From NCBI GenBank assembly GCA_947627225.1, contig CANQVB010000001.1, positions 564-64,563 on the forward strand: a DNA stretch of 64,000 nucleotides, written 5' to 3'. The notes under the pieces are model-generated. The model saw only the letters and a program-made list of their open reading frames with translations, searched no databases and was not told the origin of the DNA. How positions within the stretch are numbered: position 1 is the stretch's first letter; each line of letters opens with the position of its first letter. The position numbers were made by a program, and so were the translations under genes. The stretch comes from an uncultured Bacilli bacterium (GTDB lineage Bacteria > Bacillota_I > Bacilli_A > RF39 > UBA660). Positions 1 through 8,159 of this stretch are shown in pieces.

Positions 1-1294
1 TCGGATTCTTATAAATTGGCAAATCCTGTCGAGTTGTCTCATAATCTGTATTGCCCCATTTACCATACAGGCTAGTACTTAAGTAGGCAACTGCATTCCA
101 CTGCGCATCTGTCATTGGAATGGCTTGCAATTCCGAGTCATTAAAATCTAAAGACGTTAAACCAGAAGCAAGGTCTTCTATCTCACCCATGTCAAGACTA
201 CCTATAGACATCGCGTCTGGTTTTATGAGAAGATTCGCTCCGTCACCATAAGCCATTGAAGGTGCGCAACCATCTATATCACTTCCAGTTTCAAATTTAC
301 CAACCCAAAATCCAGGAAGAGATCTACCAGATTGAATGGTAGATGTAAATGCAGAAGCTGTCTTCCAGTGGCTTGCTTGATCAATACTAGATGTCGACAA
401 ATTTTCATACTCACCTGTCCCTGTATCCGTATTTTTGCTGTTATTGATATCTTTAAACTGAATATCAATTGCACCATTTAAATCACTACTATCTTCAATT
501 AGTCTAAATGCATGGCCTGTCATGCTGCCTTTTAATAGTGCATAACTAAATCTTGGAACCCATACCCACATCGTTTGAATCTTGTCCATGGAAATAGGGA
601 TTCCTGATGGCATTGCTTGAGAATATGTATTTCGGTACTCCTTTTTTACTACCACTGCATTGGGCCAATTATGATTTTCATAGTCATCATACCAATCACT
701 ATCATCATAATCAGCGGTGACCCACGTTTTGGAAGATGCATTCCATGTAACTGGAATCATATTTTCAGATAAAACAGGCTCTGAAACTTTGTTATAAGCT
801 GGAATTTCTACAGCATTTGATGGCCAAGAGAGTGATGCAGTGCTAAGACCAACACTAACTCTTATATCTGTAGTGTGCATAGCTTTATCGTTTGAATATC
901 CAAATATGAGAAACCGTTGCTTTTGCCCTTTTGCTAAAACTCTACCATATCTAGGCGGAACAGTTTGCCAAAGTCCATTACTACCATCACTAAAATAGAA
1001 AACTTGTACTTCAGGATCAGGGTTCCTTGCATATAAATTAAATTTTACATCAACTGGATTATTGTTTGTTATCGTAATATCCAGCTCTTGCATCTGTCCA
1101 TCTGGAAATGTATAAAGTTCATCCTCAGATAACGATAAAGACAATGTTCCTGCTTTTATACTAATCACATTTGCTTTTTCTGTTTGCACTGTAAAATAGG
1201 CATAACTAAAGTATCCTACAACAAGAAAAACACTTACTAATCCTACCAGTAACAAATAACTCTTTTCTACTTTCCTTTTCAGTAATCTTTTCAT
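1..1294 (-). CDS. Secreted protein with a SipW-cognate class signal peptide (TasA/camelysin-like N-terminus). The 3' end is truncated at the window edge.
   Basis: The ORF runs off the window start on the minus strand with ATG at 1294..1292, and is absent from the ORF track because it is incomplete. The N-terminus MKRLLKRKVEKSYLLLVGLVSVFLVVGYFSYAYFTVQTEKANVISIKAGTLSLSL matches the AYFTD...N.F.AGTLDL pattern of SipW-dependent signal peptides as recalled from TasA. More than 430 aa are visible. Confidence 0.45.
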   Translation of the reverse strand, partial: MKRLLKRKVEKSYLLLVGLVSVFLVVGYFSYAYFTVQTEKANVISIKAGTLSLSLSEDELYTFPDGQMQELDITITNNNPVDVKFNLYARNPDPEVQVFYFSDGSNGLWQTVPPRYGRVLAKGQKQRFLIFGYSNDKAMHTTDIRVSVGLSTASLSWPSNAVEIPAYNKVSEPVLSENMIPVTWNASSKTWVTADYDDSDWYDDYENHNWPNAVVVKKEYRNTYSQAMPSGIPISMDKIQTMWVWVPRFSYALLKGSMTGHAFRLIEDSSDLNGAIDIQFKDINNSKNTDTGTGEYENLSTSSIDQASHWKTASAFTSTIQSGRSLPGFWVGKFETGSDIDGCAPSMAYGDGANLLIKPDAMSIGSLDMGEIEDLASGLTSLDFNDSELQAIPMTDAQWNAVAYLSTSLYGKWGNTDYETTRQDLPIYKNP

Positions 1295-1355
1295 AACAGA
1301 ACACCTCTATTTTTCTCTATTTTAACACATAGAATCCCTTCTCATCAATATCTAT

Positions 1356-1871
1356 TTGAATTATTTTACAATGGCAATGGTGAGAAAAATGGCATATTTT
1401 GGCAATCAAATGCTTAAATTAAGGGTGAATCGAAATTTAAGGCAAAAAGATATTGCAAAAATTTTAGATGTGAAAGAAAATACCTATGCCAAGTGGGAAC
1501 GAAACACCAATGATTTATCCTTGGAAAAACTGAACGAAATTGCCAATTATTACCAAGTAAATTTAGACTATTTAGTTGGCCTTTCCCAAAAAATTCATAC
1601 ATCTTCTTACCAATCTATCGATTACAACAAATTGAAACAAAGACTAAAACTTCTTAGAAAAAAAAAGAGACTTTCACAAGAAAAGCTCAGTAAAAAAATT
1701 GGATTTGCACAAACAACCTATTCTAGTTTTGAAACTGGTACCCGAATTCCTACTGCATTTAAATTGTTTCATATTGCCCAGTTTTATCATGTTTCTTATG
1801 ACTATTTAGTCGGTAGAAAGGAAGACCCAGAAATAGAAGAAGAAAAAAGCCCTAGCTATTCTCTTCTATAA
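1356..1871 (+). CDS. XRE-family transcriptional regulator with two tandem HTH_XRE domains
   Basis: There are two helix-turn-helix segments. The first runs from LRQKDIAKILDVKENTYAKWERN to NLDYLVGLS. The second runs from LSQEKLSKKIGFAQTTYSSFETG to SYDYLVGR. The gene is divergent from the TasA-like gene. Confidence 0.7.
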   Translation: MNYFTMAMVRKMAYFGNQMLKLRVNRNLRQKDIAKILDVKENTYAKWERNTNDLSLEKLNEIANYYQVNLDYLVGLSQKIHTSSYQSIDYNKLKQRLKLLRKKKRLSQEKLSKKIGFAQTTYSSFETGTRIPTAFKLFHIAQFYHVSYDYLVGRKEDPEIEEEKSPSYSLL

Positions 1872-2628
1872 GATGTGCATAAGGTTCTTTTAATTTTAAC
1901 GAAATAAGACAAAGTCCACAAGCAGGTGCTGTTACCCCATTTCTACTACGATCTTTGCTTTCCAAAATTTCTTTCACTTCTCTAGGTTTTATTTTTCCAC
2001 TTCCTACTTTTAAAAGAATTCCTACCATATTTCTAACTTGGTATCTTAAAAAACCTTTTCCTTGAAAGGTAAAGACAATTTCTCCAGGATTTGCTCTATC
2101 ATATTCACAAGTTGCTCTTGTAATCTTTCGAACACAATTTTCTTTGGTTGTATTTTCGGTAACAAATGCCCTAAAATCATGTTCCCCTATCAAATAAGCA
2201 ATTGCATCTTGCATAGCCTTCAAATTTAGTGCATAGTTGTATTGATAGACAAATCTTCTTCGTAAAGGATTATACATATCCGTATTGACACGATACTGGT
2301 ATGTTTTTTCTTCCACCATATATCTTGCATGAAAAGAATCCTCTACTAAATAAGCCCCTCTTACATAAATATCTTCTGGAAGATATCGATTTAAAGCACG
2401 CTTTAATTGATGGGCAGTGATTTTTACCTCTAAATTAAAATGTGCAATCTGACAAAGGGCGTGAACTCCTTGATCTGTCCTACCTGAAGCATGGACAACC
2501 ACTTTATGAGAAGCATTAATTTGAAACAGTGCGTCTTCCATCATCTTCTGAATGGTTAACAATTCACCTTGACGCTGGTATCCTTTGTAACGAGTCCCTT
2601 CATAAGAAAAGCAAATACAAAATCGCAT
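1852..2628 (-). CDS. truA: tRNA pseudouridine(38-40) synthase TruA
   Basis: It carries the SGRTDQGVHA catalytic motif. The 258 aa length is typical, and the gene sits downstream of an ABC/ECF-like module as in many Firmicutes. Confidence 0.9.
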   Translation of the reverse strand: MRFCICFSYEGTRYKGYQRQGELLTIQKMMEDALFQINASHKVVVHASGRTDQGVHALCQIAHFNLEVKITAHQLKRALNRYLPEDIYVRGAYLVEDSFHARYMVEEKTYQYRVNTDMYNPLRRRFVYQYNYALNLKAMQDAIAYLIGEHDFRAFVTENTTKENCVRKITRATCEYDRANPGEIVFTFQGKGFLRYQVRNMVGILLKVGSGKIKPREVKEILESKDRSRNGVTAPACGLCLISLKLKEPYAHLIEENS

Positions 2629-2640
2629 ACATCATTCCTC

Positions 2641-3210
2641 CTAACAAAAATAAATTCCAAAAAGTATAATATGAAGAAGCAGAAAAAGAAAACGATCGAA
2701 AGTAAAAGAGAAAGAAGTATTCTTTTTCTTTAACAAAACGATATATCTTTCATAGGGTGCGAACAAGAGGTCTCTTGCTGGATAAAATCGAGAAATTCTC
2801 GTATAAATCCCCATACTTTTTAAGGCTTTTTTATAAAATAAGTACTGGAAAAAGAAAAGGTAGCCCTTAAGCACTTTTTGCTGCATAAATGTTGGTAGTT
2901 TTTGCAAAAATTCATATCTTTTAAAAGAAGCATTTTTTAAAAAATAACTGTCCAAGAAACAAACAATAATACAAATTTTACTAAAAAGCAAGAGTTTTCC
3001 ACAAAAACTGTGGAAAAGTATGACAAAAAATGTAAAAATGACCCATTTCTTGTTTCTTTTTAATTCAAAATTATGTGTTATCCACAGATAAACAAAGAAA
3101 ATGGATAGCAAACTACCCCAATCGCTTTTAAAATTTAGAAAAAGAAAAAGAAAAAGAAAAGAAAAAACTAGACAATTCCCATCAATTTTTTCTATTTTCG
3201 CATTATACAT
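2641..3210 (-). CDS. Integral membrane protein, possibly a short divergent ECF transporter T component
   Basis: The 189 aa product is strongly hydrophobic. It overlaps the upstream ATPase ORF by 8 nt, and it occupies the position between ecfA-like genes and truA where ecfT normally sits. The match to EcfT A-x-x-RG coupling motifs (YTRISRFYPARD) is weak. Confidence 0.3.
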   Translation of the reverse strand: MYNAKIEKIDGNCLVFSFLFLFLFLNFKSDWGSLLSIFFVYLWITHNFELKRNKKWVIFTFFVILFHSFCGKLLLFSKICIIVCFLDSYFLKNASFKRYEFLQKLPTFMQQKVLKGYLFFFQYLFYKKALKSMGIYTRISRFYPARDLLFAPYERYIVLLKKKNTSFSFTFDRFLFLLLHIILFGIYFC

Positions 3211-3997
3211 TGCGGTAAATATCCTTTATTAAATCTCTTACATCTTGATGATGGGAAAGCGTAATTTGTTTTTTCTTTTTGACACAGTGGATAAAAGCAA
3301 GGGATGTGGGAAGTTCTATTTGATTTCTTTTTAAAAGTGTTGCTTGCTTAAAAACTTCTTCCACTGAACCAGAACAAACAATCCTTCCTTTTCTTAAAAA
3401 AATGACATTGTCTGCATATTGATAAATCTTGTCTACATCCATGGTAGAAAACACAATCGTTTTCTGATATTTTTCTTTGAGTTTTCGAAAAACTCCAATG
3501 AGTTTTTTTTGATAATGTAAATCGAGCTTTGCAAAAGGATCTTCTAAAAGAAATACCTCTGGATTTGCAAGCAGTGACACGGCAATTTGAAGTAGTTTTT
3601 GCTCTGTCTCAGAAAGCGTTGTAATGGCTTTAGAAAGTGAAGATAAGGGCAACCCTACAATTCGAAGCGCATCTTGTATTTTTTTAAAAGAATTTTGACA
3701 AGGAACTTTCAATTCCCTTAAAAAGTAAAGTAGATACTCTTCCACAGTAGAAAGATAAGGAAGCAACAAAAATTGTTCTGGAACAAGTGCTATTTTCTTT
3801 TGATAATACGCTTGATTTTTACGTTCTTTTTTGATTCCATCCAAATAAATAGAACCTGCTTTTTTTTCTTCTAAATGTAAAATGCAAAACAAATCGTGAC
3901 TTTCCTTTAGAGAAAGCGCTGTTATCTTTCCACTTTCAATGCAAAAATCAAGTTTCTGAAAAGCTGTCGTGCTTAAATGACTTACTCTTATTTCCAT
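3203..3997 (-). CDS. ABC-type ATPase-like protein with degenerate nucleotide-binding motifs (EcfA2-like position)
   Basis: An ABC fold is indicated by the signature-like LSETEQ and a Walker B FLLEDP. The Walker A P-loop is absent (KESHDLFCIL where GxxGxGKS/T is expected), and the H-loop His appears replaced (STMD). Confidence 0.5.
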   Translation of the reverse strand: MEIRVSHLSTTAFQKLDFCIESGKITALSLKESHDLFCILHLEEKKAGSIYLDGIKKERKNQAYYQKKIALVPEQFLLLPYLSTVEEYLLYFLRELKVPCQNSFKKIQDALRIVGLPLSSLSKAITTLSETEQKLLQIAVSLLANPEVFLLEDPFAKLDLHYQKKLIGVFRKLKEKYQKTIVFSTMDVDKIYQYADNVIFLRKGRIVCSGSVEEVFKQATLLKRNQIELPTSLAFIHCVKKKKQITLSHHQDVRDLIKDIYRNV

Positions 3998-4785
3998 AAA
4001 GCATCCACCAACGCTTCCTGATTTAAATAGATTTGATTTACTAAACCATAATACTGTAATTTAATAGAAAGATCGACGAGAAAAGGAAGTTCTAACCCAA
4101 TCTTATTTAAAAGACCATCTTCTTTGAAAACCGTAGAAGGGTCTCCATCTAAAAGAATTTCTTTCTTATGAAGAATTAAAAGTCTATCACAAGAACAAGC
4201 ATCTTCTAAATGAGACGTTGTCATAAAAATAGTCATCCCTTCTTCTTTTAACATCTCTAAGTACGCCACAATTTGTTTTGCTTCCCTCTTTTCTAAAGAT
4301 GCACAAGGGTCATCCAACAGTAGCACTTTAGGAGAAGAAAGCACTGCAAGCGCAATGTGGAGCTTTACTGCCTGATACCGGGAAAGTTTTTTCGGAGAAA
4401 TATTGCGATAAGAAAGAAGAGAAAATTTGGCTAAGACCTGTTCGAGTCTTTCGTTTTTTTCGTTCTCTTTGACACCTAAATTTTCAAGTGCAAAAAGAAT
4501 TTCATCTTCTACTTTATTAAAAACAAAAGAAAGATGTGCTTTTGAAGAAAAAACGACCGCAAGTTTTTTGTAGAGAACTTCTTTAGGTAAGCTTTCTAAG
4601 TAACATCTTTCTAATAGCACTTTTTCATGCGTTGGCACAATGCCTGCTAAAATCTTAATTAATGTTGTCTTACCACACATATTAGAACCAGATAGCACTG
4701 TAAAACTTCTTTTTTGAATCGCCAACGAAAAATTTTCAAAGACTGTATGAAAAGATACATTGGATACTTCTAAAATAGGTTCCAT
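3988..4785 (-). CDS. ABC transporter ATP-binding protein (EcfA1-like position) with a degenerate signature motif
   Basis: Walker A GSNMCGKTT, Walker B LLLDDP and H-loop TSH are present, but the signature reads LSRYQ instead of LSGGQ. A C-terminal helical extension resembles those of ECF ATPases. The gene overlaps the downstream ATPase gene. Confidence 0.6.
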   Translation of the reverse strand: MEPILEVSNVSFHTVFENFSLAIQKRSFTVLSGSNMCGKTTLIKILAGIVPTHEKVLLERCYLESLPKEVLYKKLAVVFSSKAHLSFVFNKVEDEILFALENLGVKENEKNERLEQVLAKFSLLSYRNISPKKLSRYQAVKLHIALAVLSSPKVLLLDDPCASLEKREAKQIVAYLEMLKEEGMTIFMTTSHLEDACSCDRLLILHKKEILLDGDPSTVFKEDGLLNKIGLELPFLVDLSIKLQYYGLVNQIYLNQEALVDALWK

Positions 4786-4806
4786 CCTACACCCCCCCTT
4801 TTTTTG

Positions 4807-5559
4807 CTATTTCCGTTTTTTCCTTTGAATCCGATAAGCGATTTTGGCAAGCATCTTATCGCTTAGAAAATGACCCAAGAATTTCGCACATTTCATTTTA
4901 AATCCTGGAATAATCACTTCTTTTCCTTTTAACGTTTGATCGATTGCATACTTTGCAACATAACTACTTTCTAAAGACTTTAAAGCGAAAGTAACGCCTG
5001 CAGTTTGATTAAAGTTTGTATCAACTGGACCTGGACATAAAACAGAAATTTTTACTTTACTTTTCTTTCTTCTAAGTTCTTCTTGAATTCCAAGCGAAAG
5101 ACGATATACATAAGATTTGCTGGCATAATAAGTCGCCATTAAAGGACCAGGATAGAAAGCAGCTGTAGAGGCTACATTTAAAATGTGCCCTTTGTTTCTT
5201 TTAACCATATCTTTCAAAAAGAATTTTGTAAGCATATGCACCGCTTTAATATTCACATTGATAAGAGAAAGTTCTCGAGCAGTTTCTGTTTCTACAAAAT
5301 TTCCAAAGACACCAAACCCTGCATTATTGACTAACAGGTCGATTTCTTCAGGGCGCACCAAAACATAGAGTTCTTTGACTTTCTGTTCTATGGCAAGATC
5401 TACGACAATCACTTTGACTTTCACAGGAAGTTCTCTTTGTAATTGCTCTAATTTTTCCCGATCTCTTGCTACTAAAATTAAATCATACCCTAACTTTGCA
5501 AGATATTTTGCCATTTCACGCCCAATTCCACTGGATGCACCTGTAATCAATGCTTTCAT
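4807..5559 (-). CDS. SDR family oxidoreductase
   Basis: It has the TGASSGIG Rossmann motif, NNAG and the catalytic YASKSY (YxxxK). The start is taken at the ATG preceded by AGGAGG (MKALITG); the track ORF extends further upstream to 5595. Confidence 0.85.
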   Translation of the reverse strand: MKALITGASSGIGREMAKYLAKLGYDLILVARDREKLEQLQRELPVKVKVIVVDLAIEQKVKELYVLVRPEEIDLLVNNAGFGVFGNFVETETARELSLINVNIKAVHMLTKFFLKDMVKRNKGHILNVASTAAFYPGPLMATYYASKSYVYRLSLGIQEELRRKKSKVKISVLCPGPVDTNFNQTAGVTFALKSLESSYVAKYAIDQTLKGKEVIIPGFKMKCAKFLGHFLSDKMLAKIAYRIQRKKRK

Positions 5560-5756
5560 AACCTGCCTCCTGTATAGTTTCATTATACCAAACATTGGAA
5601 AGAAATGCTATGAAAAAGAAAAAGGATAAAAATAACCTAAAAATAATCAAAAAATTATAATATGTCATGAAAAATTGAAAGTGTGCAGTAAGATAAAAAT
5701 GTAAGCAAAATAGGTTGACATCTTTGAAATTTTAAAAAAGAAAGGCGTGCAAAATA

Positions 5757-6619
5757 TTGAAAAAAGAAAAAGTAACAACGGAACTAATTGTAAAAGAAAA
5801 TAAGATAGGAATTTTAAAAGTAGGAAATATAAACTATATTTCTTTAACAGACCTTGCCAAATATCAGAATTCTAGAGATCCATCTTTTACTGTCAAAAAT
5901 TGGTTAAGAAGAATTACCACCATTGATTACATTGGATTGTGGGAGAAGATTCATAATGTAGATTTTAATTTGGTCGAATTCGACCAAATTAAAACAGAGT
6001 ATGGTAAAAATTCTTTTTCTATGTCCCCTTCTCAATGGATAAAAAGGACAAAAGCAACAGGTATTCTATCAAAAGGTGGAAAATATAGTATAGGAACATT
6101 TGCACACCCAGATATTGCATTTGAGTTTGCGAGTTGGTTGTCCTCAGAATTTAAATTATATTTAATCACTGAATTTGAAAGATTAAAAACACAGGAAGCC
6201 TACCAAGAAAAGATGGATTGGCAAGCAAATAGAATCCTTGCAAAAGTAAATTATGCTGTTCATACTGATGCAGTTAAAACTTATATTGTTCCAACTTTAA
6301 CAGAAACACAAAAGAAATATGTGTATGCGAATGAAGCAGATGTTTTAAATGTTCTTTATTTGGTATGACTGCGAAAGAATGGAAAAATAAAAATCCTAAA
6401 TTAGCCAAAGAAGGAAACATTCGTGATTATACTGACCTTTTGCATTTAGTTATTCTAAATAATTTGGAAAATACAAACGCAGGGTATATAGAAGAAAAAA
6501 TTCCACAAAGCGAAAGATTAGTAAGACTTAATCATTCAGCTAGAAGGCAAATGGAAATATTAAAGAACAATAAAAACATAAAGGAATTAGAACAATTGCA
6601 AAAACAGATAAAGGATTAA
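5757..6619 (+). pseudogene. KilA-N domain protein gene of prophage type, disrupted by a -1 frameshift in a T run
   Basis: The N-terminal part carries the KilA-N-like motif AHPDIAFEFASWLSSEFKLYL. The reading frame breaks at about 6355-6366 (ctttatttggtatga). Restoring one T yields the continuous sequence LNVLYFGMTAKEWKNKNP, typical of full-length homologs. The track shows this as two ORFs, 5757..6368 and 6365..6619. Confidence 0.6.
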
Positions 6620-6851
6620 AAAAATAAATTCATTCGGACTTTGGCAAAATACAAAAAGAAAAGAACGCATCATAAAACTTCATACGAAACTTATTGATTT
6701 TTAATATATGTATTTTATCATTTAAGCGGCTATCTTTTTTCTAACTACTTTGAAATTACATAAATTCATAATGAACCTTCCTTTGAAGATTTTGTTGTTT
6801 TTACAAACGGAAAAGAGAATGCTATAATAAAGAAAAGATAGGAGGCCTTCT

Positions 6852-8123
6852 GTGAAAAAAGAAAAAAGAATCGAAAAACTTTCCAATCGCTGCCTTGGTT
6901 GTAGTAAGCAACCTTGTCATTTTGGATGTCCTTTGGAAAATGAAATTCGTGATTTTATAAAATGTATGAAAGAAAGCAAGGAAGAAGATGCCTGTGATCT
7001 TTTAGAAAAGACAACGGTTCTTCCAGCTTTATGTGGAAGAATTTGTCCCCATGAAAAACAGTGTCAAGGCTCTTGTATAAGAGGAAAAAGAACCCGTCCT
7101 GTTCAAATTGGTGCTATCGAAGCATATCTTGGAGATTATGCCCTTGAAAAAGGAAAACCACTCAAAAAAGTGGGTGCAAGAGGAAAAGGATATAAGGTGG
7201 CTGTTGTTGGAGGAGGTCCTGCAGGTCTTACTTGTGCTGCCTTTTTAGCCAAAGAAGAAGTAGATGTAACGATCTATGAAAAGCATGCATATTTAGGGGG
7301 ACTTCTACAACATGGAATTCCTAGTTTTCGCTTAAATAAAACACTTGTAAAGAAGACCATTCATAACATCTTATCGCTTGGAATCCATGTCAAATTAAAC
7401 CAAGAATTAGGGGAAAACCTTACCCTAAAGACCTTAGAAAAAGAATATGATGCCATCTTTCTTGCAGTAGGTGCCAATCGTTCCAAAACATTAGGAATTG
7501 AAGGGGAAGAGTTAGAGGGTGTCTATGGTGGAAACGAACTTCTTGAACAAGAGAATCACCCCAATTATCAAGGAAAAGTCGTGGCAATCATCGGTGGTGG
7601 TGATGTCGCCATGGATGTCGCTCGTACCATTCAAAGAAAGAACCCTAAGAAAGTGATTGTTTTCTACCGAAGAAGTGAAGAAGAAATGCCTGCTGAAAAG
7701 AAAGAGATTAGGCGTGCTATCAAGGAGGGCATCCGCTTTCGTTTTCATGCCAATCCAGTTCGTATTTTAGGAAAAAGACGCGTAGAAAAACTTGTGTATG
7801 TGAAAACAAAATATAAGGGAAAGAAGCAAGAGAAAAAACTAGTTTCTATAAAGGGAAGTGAAAAGGACTTAAAAGTAGACTATGTGATTCGCTGTTTAGG
7901 AAGTCGCCTAGATGCTTCTATGCAAAATCTTCCTTTAAAGTATACAGATACTTCTGTAATCTACACCAAAGAAACTGGACAAACATCCAAGCGAAAGATT
8001 TTTGCTGGTGGAGATTGCACGAACAACATCCATACTGTCGCATGGGCTTCAAAAAGCGGAAGAGAGGCTGCCAAAGGAATTCTTGCTTATCTTGAAAAAA
8101 CCAAAGAAAAAATAAAGAACTAA
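6852..8123 (+). CDS. GltD-family NAD(P)H-dependent oxidoreductase (glutamate synthase small-subunit-like)
   Basis: It has a GTG start with a GGAGG SD. The N-terminus contains Cys clusters (CLGCSKQPCHFGCP and CGRICPHEKQCQGSC) typical of the 4Fe-4S region of GltD/SudA. It also has an FAD/NAD fold with VAVVGGGPAGLTCAAFLA and a second GGGDVAMD motif. Confidence 0.65.
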   Translation: MKKEKRIEKLSNRCLGCSKQPCHFGCPLENEIRDFIKCMKESKEEDACDLLEKTTVLPALCGRICPHEKQCQGSCIRGKRTRPVQIGAIEAYLGDYALEKGKPLKKVGARGKGYKVAVVGGGPAGLTCAAFLAKEEVDVTIYEKHAYLGGLLQHGIPSFRLNKTLVKKTIHNILSLGIHVKLNQELGENLTLKTLEKEYDAIFLAVGANRSKTLGIEGEELEGVYGGNELLEQENHPNYQGKVVAIIGGGDVAMDVARTIQRKNPKKVIVFYRRSEEEMPAEKKEIRRAIKEGIRFRFHANPVRILGKRRVEKLVYVKTKYKGKKQEKKLVSIKGSEKDLKVDYVIRCLGSRLDASMQNLPLKYTDTSVIYTKETGQTSKRKIFAGGDCTNNIHTVAWASKSGREAAKGILAYLEKTKEKIKN

Positions 8124-8159
8124 AGTGTAGTTTTTTCCTTATAGCACAAAAAAAGAGAG

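Noticed and set aside
274-477. A 67-aa minus-strand ORF from the track
   Set aside because: It lies inside and out of frame with the much longer TasA-like minus-strand CDS that runs off the window edge.
5183-5629. Plus-strand ORFs of 61 and 84 aa inside the SDR gene
   Set aside because: They are fully contained within a well-supported minus-strand SDR CDS. They have no SD, and their composition is typical of antisense frames.
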